Shown here one piece after another: positions 27,643 to 37,853 of a stretch of DNA of 40,586 nt (the stretch's first letter is position 1; the number at the start of each line of letters is the position of its first letter). A program made the translations under genes and the position numbers. The notes below the pieces were generated by a model. That model did no database searches. It was given only the letters and a program-made list of their open reading frames with translations, and was not told the DNA's origin. This DNA comes from an uncultured bacterium (GTDB lineage Bacteria; CSSED10-310; CAZUFC01): the NCBI GenBank assembly GCA_964619725.1, contig CAZUFC010000078.1, forward strand, positions 1 through 40,586. The letters run 5' to 3'.

Positions 27643-28394
27643 TCTTTTATTCCTCCATGCGCTTCCATCCAAGAGTTGATGAAAATTTCGATCTCATTAT
27701 GCCAGTTTAACTCCTTATCTGGTTTTATTTCACACTTGCCGTAACCCCTATTTCGCGAAGCCCCTAACTCACCGACCAATCGCATACCCAGAAGTAGAAG
27801 ACGATAATCAAACTTCCTTATCGATTCATTGTTTTCGTATAATCGAAAATGATTCTGGTTCTCCTTGATGATTCCGTGCAATTCAGACATTAAAGCGGCA
27901 ACGCCGTCCATAAAAAAATGGTCTTTTTTAACTCTTCGCAATTCAGCATCCACGCGATTGCGAGGACGGCGATCGAGCATCGGATAGCCTGTCATGTTGT
28001 CTCCGAATGTATCCTTTATTTGACGTGTTGCGTCCGCAGAATAATATGCACCTGAAAAATCGAAACCTCGACGATTTATTCCTCCCGGCGCTCCGAAAAT
28101 ACGGCAAAGAGCACACGGCGGATTCTTGGTGCAGAAAAAAAGTTTTTCATCCTCCTGATGTCCTATAGTCGCTTGCTGACCGATACATAATTCGAACTCT
28201 TTCCATCCTTCCATATTATCCTGTAAAAACGTTCTTATGGCATCCTTTACACGTCCCCTCATCGAACTCGCCGGCACATAGGGTAAACCATCATCCATGG
28301 TAGTCATGCGATCATAAACTCCAGGCGATGTCGTCATGCTCCCGATCATCAACGGCGAATCAAAATAAACAGTGTATTTTATTGTCCTAAGCAT
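27639..28394 (-). CDS. cas7: Cas7 (Csm3-like RAMP)
   Basis: SPLMIG...YD (candidate catalytic Asp), PYVPASSMRG, CALCRIFG and LGASRNRGYG. Confidence 0.92.
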   Translation of the reverse strand: MLRTIKYTVYFDSPLMIGSMTTSPGVYDRMTTMDDGLPYVPASSMRGRVKDAIRTFLQDNMEGWKEFELCIGQQATIGHQEDEKLFFCTKNPPCALCRIFGAPGGINRRGFDFSGAYYSADATRQIKDTFGDNMTGYPMLDRRPRNRVDAELRRVKKDHFFMDGVAALMSELHGIIKENQNHFRLYENNESIRKFDYRLLLLGMRLVGELGASRNRGYGKCEIKPDKELNWHNEIEIFINSWMEAHGGIKE

Positions 28395-30027
28395 GCTTGT
28401 CACACTCCCATCTTTTTGTTAATGAATAAAACGGCATTAGTTGAACGGCATCTAAAATCGGCGTGTTTGATTTCGGTGAATCGTTTACTGGAAGACTGTT
28501 TTTTGACGCCGATAAATTAAGCTTTTTGCAAATGTTCCTCCATTTATTCGCTTGTTGCTTATCAAGATGATTCCACCATTCACGATATTGGGCTGATGCA
28601 TCCTTTGCCGAAAGTAAATATCGCAGCTTTTTCAATTTGCTCCCCGCTTCCATATCGGCCATGTCTCCTGCGCTTTTCCAGAGCTCCTCAAGGTGCACGA
28701 ACCATTTAGATGCCGAATGATCATCATTATTTTCCGGTAGTCCGGAAGCAAGGTAAGGACCTCCGAAAAGCGCCGCACCGTTCCGGTCATGCGTCATTCT
28801 CATTCCGTTTCTTACCGTATCCAGATTCCCGATGACACTATTTTGAACTAAATAATAATCTACAAGGCTCGGAGGATAGTTTTTTCCCTTAAGCTTCGCC
28901 CAGGCTCGACCCAGCTTCTTCGCTCTGCTCTCCAACTCGCTTCCCAATCGACGGAAGGCTAAAATCGGATACTTGTAAGGTGCGAGTACGATTCCAGCAG
29001 ACATCGTCAAATAATTCGGCAATTGGCTGCTTGAATTACCATCTTCGCTTATCGATTGCAGCAATATTTGCGATTTCTTTTCAAACTCTTCAATCATGAC
29101 CCGCACCAATGGTATAGCGTAAGCCCCTATTACGGCAAAACAAATATCATCACCGCCCAAAAACAGAAGATTAAAAGGGACGGCCAAATCCCTGGAATTT
29201 TTCGTAATTCGTTTTTTGACTGATGCGCCTAGAACCTGCTTCATTGACGATGCCAAGCTTTCCCTAATGCAATTTTTTAAACGAGGTGAAAATTCTTTTA
29301 ATCGATTTTTCGTCACCGCAAAATCACTTAATAACGATCCCAATCCGTTTACATCAGCAAAAACTAATCCCATAAAACGACTTTCAGATGTACCAGGTAT
29401 CTCTTTTCCCCTAACTTTATCTTTCACACTCCAGGAAATCAGCCCTTCAGCGGTCTTCGGAATCCCGGCATCTGTCCATCCTTCTGTCAATTTCGTAGCA
29501 ACCTTATCTTGTTGTCCATTATCACTACGCTTTTCCAGCAACCATTTCTTCCACTCTGAAGCATTTACACGCTCAATAGAATTACCCAATTTAACCAATC
29601 TCTGCGCCGAGCTTTTACCTGAAGTATCACACGTTGCCGATAAAATCGAAGAAGGAGACGGCAATCGAACAGTCTTCGGCGAATCTTTTAAAGAACGAAC
29701 CTTGGACATTAACGGGCTTAATATCTTTTTATAAAAATTCCCATCTCCAGAATGTTCGTATTCTGCCCATTCAACTCCAATATGATATTCGTCGTAAATC
29801 TTTTTTGCCGCATTTACGAATTCCGTCGTCGAAACATTGTTTGGAAATTCAACAAGTACTATTCCACCAAGAGAACGTATCACGTCGCCTTCATAGTAAG
29901 GCGCTAAATCACCTACCCTTTCTTCCGCTTCCTCTATCGCACGACTGCCGTTCCTTATGCCGCGCAAGCGACGAGATGAGAAAACGTATTCTTGAGTCTT
30001 ATTGCAATCAACGTAAACATACTTCAT
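28387..30027 (-). CDS. cas10: Cas10, HD-less, cyclase motif intact (type III-D)
   Basis: YVDCNKTQEYVF, FADVNGLG, LGGDDICF and SAGIV. No N-terminal HD domain; 546 aa. SD AAGGAG 7 nt before the ATG at 30027. Confidence 0.95.
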   Translation of the reverse strand: MKYVYVDCNKTQEYVFSSRRLRGIRNGSRAIEEAEERVGDLAPYYEGDVIRSLGGIVLVEFPNNVSTTEFVNAAKKIYDEYHIGVEWAEYEHSGDGNFYKKILSPLMSKVRSLKDSPKTVRLPSPSSILSATCDTSGKSSAQRLVKLGNSIERVNASEWKKWLLEKRSDNGQQDKVATKLTEGWTDAGIPKTAEGLISWSVKDKVRGKEIPGTSESRFMGLVFADVNGLGSLLSDFAVTKNRLKEFSPRLKNCIRESLASSMKQVLGASVKKRITKNSRDLAVPFNLLFLGGDDICFAVIGAYAIPLVRVMIEEFEKKSQILLQSISEDGNSSSQLPNYLTMSAGIVLAPYKYPILAFRRLGSELESRAKKLGRAWAKLKGKNYPPSLVDYYLVQNSVIGNLDTVRNGMRMTHDRNGAALFGGPYLASGLPENNDDHSASKWFVHLEELWKSAGDMADMEAGSKLKKLRYLLSAKDASAQYREWWNHLDKQQANKWRNICKKLNLSASKNSLPVNDSPKSNTPILDAVQLMPFYSLTKRWECDKHA

Positions 30028-30255
30028 ACACAATCTCCTTCCTCTATGGTTTAAAGTTTTCTATTTATTCTGAGTCGATTAGCTAAACTCGATCCTTCTG
30101 CTTTCAACTCCAATTTCATGACGATGAATTCCATGACCGAATTAAAATTTTTCTGCTGTGAAAAATTGATTTTCCGTTTTCGTCCCTTTCGATTATCTTC
30201 ATCAGTTTACACCTGGATAATTACCCACACATCTCAAAACTTTTGTTATTAACAG

Positions 30256-30284
30256 ACAATATTGACTGGCCGGAAAGATGTCAA
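30256..30284 (-). promoter_or_regulatory. Putative sigma70 promoter of the cas operon
   Basis: Minus strand TTGACA-17 nt-TATTGT, about 230 nt upstream of cas10. Confidence 0.55.
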
Positions 30285-31003
30285 GAAATTTATGAATGTT
30301 TTTTGATTTCGTACGCATAATCAGAATTTCATTTCAATCTCCTTTCCAAAATTATTTAAATAACTTTTCCGCAAAAATGATTAAGGTTATATGATAAAAG
30401 GCTTTTGTCGAATGAATTTGAATTGGTAAAATGTTGTTACTACGTTTTTAATTTTCGGTAATTTCCCAATATCACCGATGATTTCGATTGTATGATCTTT
30501 TCGAGACAGGAGTATGAAAGGAATTCTTGATAAGAATCGAAAATTTATAAAATGAAAAACAATGTCAAATGTGGGATTAACTGTTCGGCGGCCCAGGACG
30601 TTTGAACCTCAGTCGATAGTAAATATTTTCTGTTTCGCCGGGTTGGCTGTTCCCACATTTTTCGGAAAGCCCACATCAGCTTGCGTAACGATGTTTTCAT
30701 TCTACAAAACAAAGGGACCACTTTAACTCGATGAAGTTTCGAAAATATTTGCATAACCTTAAAAAGGCTGAACCGATTGAAATAAATTATCGTGACGATC
30801 CGCCGAAAATACCTTCCGCAGACCGGCGATCATCTTTCGAGCTGATGTCCTACCTCAAAAATAACGCTTTAAGAGTTTCCAGAGAAGCGTCGATACGCTG
30901 TCGTGCAATATTCAAGAATGACAGAGGTTTGACGAAGCCCGGAATGTTTCCTCATAGAAGTATTGCGGCAGGATCGCTTGACCCGCATTCTTAATACGAT
31001 CAG

Positions 31004-31290
31004 CTTGCTATCGCCCATCAAGCGGCGACCCCATCGCGATCCTGCCTTCGAAACCCGGAATGGTGGGATGATTCCTGGAAAAACATAACTATATCGACAA
31101 ATCGAACCTTTTTTTGTCTTGGATGTAGCCGGGTGAGAAGAGCAGGATAACAATCGCCTGTCAAGCGGTGACCTCATCGCGATCCTGCCTTCGAAACCCG
31201 GAATGGTGGGATGATTCCTGGAAAAACATATCCATATCGACAAATCTCTCCCTTTTTTATTCTCGGATAGAGCCGGTTGAGAAGAGAAGG
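31004..31290 (-). repeat. Degenerate CRISPR trailer: two tandem ~143-bp units (degenerate repeat plus ~106-nt insert)
   Basis: Degenerate repeats at 31004-31040 and 31147-31183. The inserts 31041-31146 and 31184-31290 both start CCTGCCTTCGAAACCCGGAATGGTGGGATGATTCCTGGAAAAACATA. Confidence 0.85.
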
Positions 31291-34200
31291 ATAACAATCA
31301 CCAATCAAGCGGTGACCCCATCGCGACCAACGGCAAAGGCAACGAGACCATGTGGCGGGAATCGGTAACAATCACCTATCAAGCGGTGACCCCATCGCGA
31401 CTCTGGACGTTCTTCACCACCCCGACCCAAGGCGAGAGTAACAATCACCTATCAAGCGGTGACCCCATCGCGACCAAAAAGCAAAAGATTTCTCCTCAAG
31501 GCTCATGAAAGTAACAATCACCTATCAAGCGGTGACCCCATCGCGACAGTCGAGCGCCGGGCGAGTGCTCGCCCTGCGGACGGGTAACAATCACCTATCA
31601 AGCGGTGACCCCATCGCGACCTGCTGCTGGGCTACTTCCTTGCTGATGGGCTCGAGTAACAATCACCTATCAAGCGGTGACCCCATCGCGACCCATTGGG
31701 CGAATCCTGTTATCGCCTCTCTACCAGGTAACAATCACCTATCAAGCGGTGACCCCATCGCGACGATTTTATATCACCCAATTGCTATAGGGTGTTAACA
31801 GTAACAATCACCTATCAAGCGGTGACCCCATCGCGACTCTGCGCTGAAGAAGAAATGGGGTATTTACGCGGTAAGTAACAATCACCTATCAAGCGGTGAC
31901 CCCATCGCGACGGAAGGAGGAAAAAATGAACAAAAAAAAATTAATAGTAACAATCACCTATCAAGCGGTGACCCCATCGCGACCGGAGGACTTTCGGCTG
32001 TTTATGATTTTGGTCCTTAGGTAACAATCACCTATCAAGCGGTGACCCCATCGCGACCCATTGGGCAAATTCTGTTATCGCCTCTCTACCAGGTAACAAT
32101 CACCTATCAAGCGGTGACCCCATCGCGACAAAAAAGGAGGAAATGTGAACAAAAATGTAGAAAGTAACAATCACCTATCAAGCGGTGACCCCATCGCGAC
32201 TCAGCGTGGACCATCACGCTGATAGTATTAGCCATAGTGTAACAATCACCTATCAAGCGGTGACCCCATCGCGACGATCCAACGGTGCAAGCTGCATCAC
32301 GCTCCCCCAAAGTAACAATCACCTATCAAGCGGTGACCCCATCGCGACGTGGAGGATGAAATTTTAGAAAGCTAGAGGCTTATAGTAACAATCACCTATC
32401 AAGCGGTGACCCCATCGCGACAAAATTGGCGTGCGAGAGCAAGTCCGAAGAAAAAAAGTAACAATCACCTATCAAGCGGTGACCCCATCGCGACATTAAT
32501 TTATGATGCCGGGTTTCACTTGTCTGTCTTGTAACAATCACCTATCAAGCGGTGACCCCATCGCGACTCTTTGCAGTTGATACGCAAAGATTGCTGGGAA
32601 TTGTAACAATCACCTATCAAGCGGTGACCCCATCGCGACTTGAAATTCTGGGCTTTGATTGCCCAGAAGAAGAGGGTAACAATCACCTATCAAGCGGTGA
32701 CCCCATCGCGACTAGGAGGGGTAGACTGGCTTGCCCCCCCCGGGAATGTAACAATCACCTATCAAGCGGTGACCCCATCGCGACCGACGAGCACTCCGAC
32801 GCTGATCCCGACCTTCACAGTAACAATCACCTATCAAGCGGTGACCCCATCGCGACTCATTGCCCTGGTGACGTGCTCTACTACGACACACGTAACAATC
32901 ATCTATCAAGCGGTGACCCCATCGCGACCCTGCACTGGCACCGTTACCAGGCAGATCAGCACAACGTAACAATCACCTATCAAGCGGTGACCCCATCGCG
33001 ACCCTGCACCTGGAGTACCTCGGCCCCGAGGACCCGTGTAACAATCACCTATCAAGCGGTGACCCCATCGCGACAGGAGCCGGGTGACCATCGCCAACAT
33101 CCGGTCCTGTAACAATCACCTATCAAGCGGTGACCCCATCGCGACAGGAGCCGGGTGACCATCGCCAACATCCGGTCCTGTAACAATCACCTATCAAGCG
33201 GTGACCCCATCGCGACATGGCTTTCGGATGACGAAGCTATCGAAATAATGGGTAACAATCACCTATCAAGCGGTGACCCCATCGCGACTTTTTGCCACAA
33301 GGCGAGGCACGAAGAAAACCAAGGTAACAATCACCTATCAAGCGGTGACCCCATCGCGACGAGAAAGGATGAAAAACTAGGGTGATGTGGGTCTCCAGTA
33401 ACAATCACCTATCAAGCGGTGACCCCATCGCGACGATGATGAGGGTAATCCGATAGACTTGAGTCAGTACGGTAACAATCACCTATCAAGCGGTGACCCC
33501 ATCGCGACATGTTACGAGGAATCATAACTGGGGCTCTTGTTTTAAGTAACAATCACCTATCAAGCGGTGACCACATCGCGACTCTCTTGCCGCGGCAACT
33601 TCCGGAAGACTAGGCGAAAGGTAACAATCACCTATCAAGCGGTGACCCCATCGCGACGTTAGTTCCCATAAATGGGAACCCAAGCCGGACATTGTAACAA
33701 TCACCTATCAAGCGGTGACCCCATCGCGACGAAATACGAAGAGAGCCTTGTATATCTAGAAGAGTTGGTAACAATCACCTATCAAGCGGTGACCCCATCG
33801 CGACCAAGTTTGCCAAAGACTTCCGCATCGAGGTGTTGGGTAACAATCACCTATCAAGCGGTGACCCCATCGCGACACAGGATGGATAGTGCCTGGCGGG
33901 CAAGACGGAATGGTAACAATCACCTATCAAGCGGTGACCCCATCGCGACTGTAGGATGGGAACGGGGCAGTGCCGTAACTGAACGTAACAATCACCTATC
34001 AAGCGGTGACCCCATCGCGACTCTCGGAATTATCACAGCGATAGCGATTCCCAAAGTAACAATCACCTATCAAGCGGTGACCCCATCGCGACATTGGTTA
34101 GTTTCTGGCACAATAATAGTCATTGTAGGTAACAATCACCTATCAAGCGGTGACCCCATCGCGACCTGGCAGATGCACCCTACCCAGAATTAGGGTGTTC

Positions 34201-36940
34201 AGTAACAATCACCTATCAAGCGGTGACCCCATCGCGACCCATTCTGGCCACCGGCTTGTGGCTTCTCGGAGCCAGTAACAATCACCTATCAAGCGGTGAC
34301 CCCATCGCGACTGGGGATTTACCTCCTTACGCAGGCGGTGGGGCTGCGTAACAATCACCTATCAAGCGGTGACCCCATCGCGACTGTGGCTTGGGATTCG
34401 GGCTGTGGAGGAAAACTATGGTAACAATCACCTATCAAGCGGTGACCCCATCGCGACCTAGGGAGTTTGCTTGTTCCAGGCTGGATCATTATAGGTAACA
34501 ATCACCTATCAAGCGGTGACCCCATCGCGACCATGGATTGTATTCGCCTGGCACACGCAGCAGGTTAGTAACAATCACCTATCAAGCGGTGACCCCATCG
34601 CGACATTGAAAAAAGTCGATTTAAGGCCAGTCTGGGGGAGGGTAACAATCACCTATCAAGCGGTGACCCCATCGCGACGTTGCTACGCCCCGAAGGGCAA
34701 TACCCCATTGCCTAAGTAACAATCACCTATCAAGCGGTGACCCCATCGCGACCAAGACGAGGACGGACCACAAACACCGGAAGTGGAAAGTAACAATCAC
34801 CTATCAAGCGGTGACCCCATCGCGACAAGACTGGAAAACTACGTACAGCCTGAACTGGGAATGTAACAATCACCTATCAAGCGGTGACCCCATCGCGACA
34901 CGAATGAGAGAAGGTACGAGTTCGCAGATGCTGGTAACAATCACCTATCAAGCGGTGACCCCATCGCGACACAACAATTAACTTTCTAATGAGGAGAAAT
35001 AAAATGGTAACAATCACCTATCAAGCGGTGACCCCATCGCGACTGTGATTCGAGGACAGGATATAGGTGGGGGCATGCGTAACAATCACCTATCAAGCGG
35101 TGACCCCATCGCGACTATGATTGTTATGGCGGTAGCAATCCTACCTTTTGTAACAATCACCTATCAAGCGGTGACCCCATCGCGACCGAATTCTCGGGAT
35201 GGTCTTCGACTGGACGGGTCTCGTAACAATCACCTATCAAGCGGTGACCCCATCGCGACTGGGATCCGGTAACGGAGCCGGCGGCGAAGCCTTGAGTAAC
35301 AATCACCTATCAAGCGGTGACCCCATCGCGACGAGCGAGTTCGAATCTCGCCAGACCGATTTTAAAAAGTAACAATCACCTATCAAGCGGTGACCCCATC
35401 GCGACCGACAATAGATTACGATACTGGGGGAGGATCGATCTAGTAACAATCACCTATCAAGCGGTGACCCCATCGCGACCCGCCGTAATAATTCCGAGAA
35501 TCGCTACAGCGATCAGTAACAATCACCTATCAAGCGGTGACCCCATCGCGACCCGCCGTAATAATTCCGAGAATCGCTACAGCGATCAGTAACAATCACC
35601 TATCAAGCGGTGACCCCATCGCGACACTTTTATTTTCTACCTGAAGTCTATCACGAACCAGGTAACAATCACCTATCAAGCGGTGACCCCATCGCGACGG
35701 TGTGAAAACTTCATAATCACGCCCTGCAGAAAAAGTAACAATCACCTATCAAGCGGTGACCCCATCGCGACGCGGTGTCATGGGCACCGCCGAACTACAA
35801 AGTTTAGGTAACAATCACCTATCAAGCGGTGACCCCATCGCGACGTGAATTGATGATTCATCACTGTCCCTGTTGTAGGTAACAATCACCTATCAAGCGG
35901 TGACCCCATCGCGACGATGCCGCCCCGCATCTTCGCAGGCGCCATCATCGTAACAATCACCTATCAAGCGGTGACCCCATCGCGACTTGGAGGACGGTTC
36001 GCGATTACGCGAGCCGGAGCGAGTAACAATCACCTATCAAGCGGTGACCCCATCGCGACAAAGGAGGAAAAAAATGAAAGGCGACAAAGGTTTCAGTAAC
36101 AATCACCTATCAAGCGGTGACCCCATCGCGACGCTATCAAGGGCTCCGCAGAAGAAACCTCAAGAAAGGTAACAATCACCTATCAAGCGGTGACCCCATC
36201 GCGACATGACAATGACAAAAAGCTCGTCCAAAGGTCTTTGGGTAACAATCACCTATCAAGCGGTGACCCCATCGCGACCGTTTGTGATCAGCAGGAACCC
36301 GCCCCCAACTTCTTGTAACAATCACCTATCAAGCGGTGACCCCATCGCGACCTTTGCGCTCCCAGCGGGAATAGTCATGGGGGCTAGTGTAACAATCACC
36401 TATCAAGCGGTGACCCCATCGCGACTCGATCCGCCCGAAGTGGTGGAGAGCTTGCTGCTAGGTAACAATCACCTATCAAGCGGTGACCCCATCGCGACAG
36501 GCAATCGCTGCTGCGGGAAGACTGCGTTCGTCTTGTAACAATCACCTATCAAGCGGTGACCCCATCGCGACCCTGAGGGAGTACAACCCCTGGGTTGTAC
36601 ATAATTGGTAACAATCACCTATCAAGCGGTGACCCCATCGCGACTGAGTGGCTAACAGTTCAGTGGGGCTTCGCCGGCAACGTAACAATCACCTATCAAG
36701 CGGTGACCCCATCGCGACCATATTTTTTACCGCCATGATTGTTATGGCGGTAGCAAGTAACAATCACCTATCAAGCGGTGACCCCATCGCGACAGAGCGG
36801 TAAAGAGACGTCTTAATTCCATAGTGGAAAGTAACAATCACCTATCAAGCGGTGACCCCATCGCGACTGGGAATAGCATTCCTGGCTGACTCGATCAAGT
36901 CGGGTAACAATCACCTATCAAGCGGTGACCCCATCGCGAC
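31291..36940 (-). CRISPR. CRISPR array, about 78 repeats of 37 nt with ~34-38 nt spacers
   Basis: Repeat on the minus strand is GTCGCGATGGGGTCACCGCTTGATAGGTGATTGTTAC, with a CACC/GGTG stem followed by the 8-nt tag ATTGTTAC. Orientation follows from the AT-rich leader and promoter on the right and degenerate repeats on the left. Single-base variants at 32892 and 33546. Counted by hand. Confidence 0.99.
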
Positions 36941-36947
36941 TAGAGAG

Positions 36948-36975
36948 ATTCTACCTGATTTTGGCGGGATGTCAA
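36948..36975 (-). promoter_or_regulatory. Sigma70 promoter of the CRISPR array
   Basis: Minus strand TTGACA-16 nt-TAGAAT, ending 7 nt before the first repeat. AT-rich sequence continues to about 37500. Confidence 0.75.
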
Positions 36976-37853
36976 GAGGGAAAATGGAATTTTAATCTTA
37001 AAGCCGAAAATAATTTAAGAGGAAAAAAATGGAAAATGTTCAAGATTACGCGAGGTTTTCGATTTTTCTGGAGTGAGATGACAGTTTTTTGGGGCATCGC
37101 GTGAAAAATATTTTTCCTTTTTTGAGGGTTATAGTCTGTTTATTCTATTGGTATGAAAAGATTTATAGAGAATCGGCGCTTCAGGTTGAAATTTCAAATT
37201 TTTTTTCTGATCGGGTTTCTCTTTTCAAGAAATCTGCAAATCGTTCAGATTCTATTTTTTTCAGTTTTCTTCTCTCTGAAATTTAAGTAACAGTAATTTA
37301 AAGATTTTCAGCTAATAATGAATAAAAAAATATGGGGACTCTAATTAAATTAGGAGGTACTAAAAAACAAGAAAAAACGACTGACGCGTACAGAAAGGAA
37401 AGGCATTTTTAACGGTGATCGACTTAAATAATAGTAAAATAAGAGGAATAATTCTGCACAATGCAGTGAATCCTGATTTTTTCGCTTTCATTTTTCATTT
37501 TCTAAAAAAATTTCGTTTTGTTTTCTGAGACCCTTCTCCTCACAATTTGGATTTATTCGGTGAACATTGGAAAATTTATTTATGAGCCGTGATTTTTGAG
37601 TCAAAAAGTCCTCTGATCCGCTACTGTTTAGTCTTCGATTCCGTTTCGTCCCCGCATAAGCTTATCAGTCTCCTCTTCGGCTAAGGGAGATTTCAATCTT
37701 CCTCTTCGTCTTGCAGAACCAAAAGGAAAATGGTGTTTGGCCAGTCCGGGATTTCGGTTGACGGATCGGCTGGATTTTTATTGTTCATTGCCTTATGATC
37801 GACTCTGGGCGTTCACTATTTCATTCGGTTTATCGAATTGAGGTTTGTATTTC

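Noticed and set aside
30545-30994. Short ORFs between cas10 and the array as a toxin or cas6
   Set aside because: No RBS, no Cas6 Gly-rich loop and no recognisable motif; cannot be supported.
31912-31946. 18-nt match of this spacer (AAGGAGGAAAAAATGAAC) to the exbD start region, suggesting self-targeting
   Set aside because: Low-complexity SD/ATG sequence; the remaining half of the spacer does not match.
31168-36538. Many short ORFs with VTITYQAVTPSR, NNHLSSGDPIAT or SRWGHRLIGDCY repeats
   Set aside because: They are translations of the CRISPR repeat, not genes.
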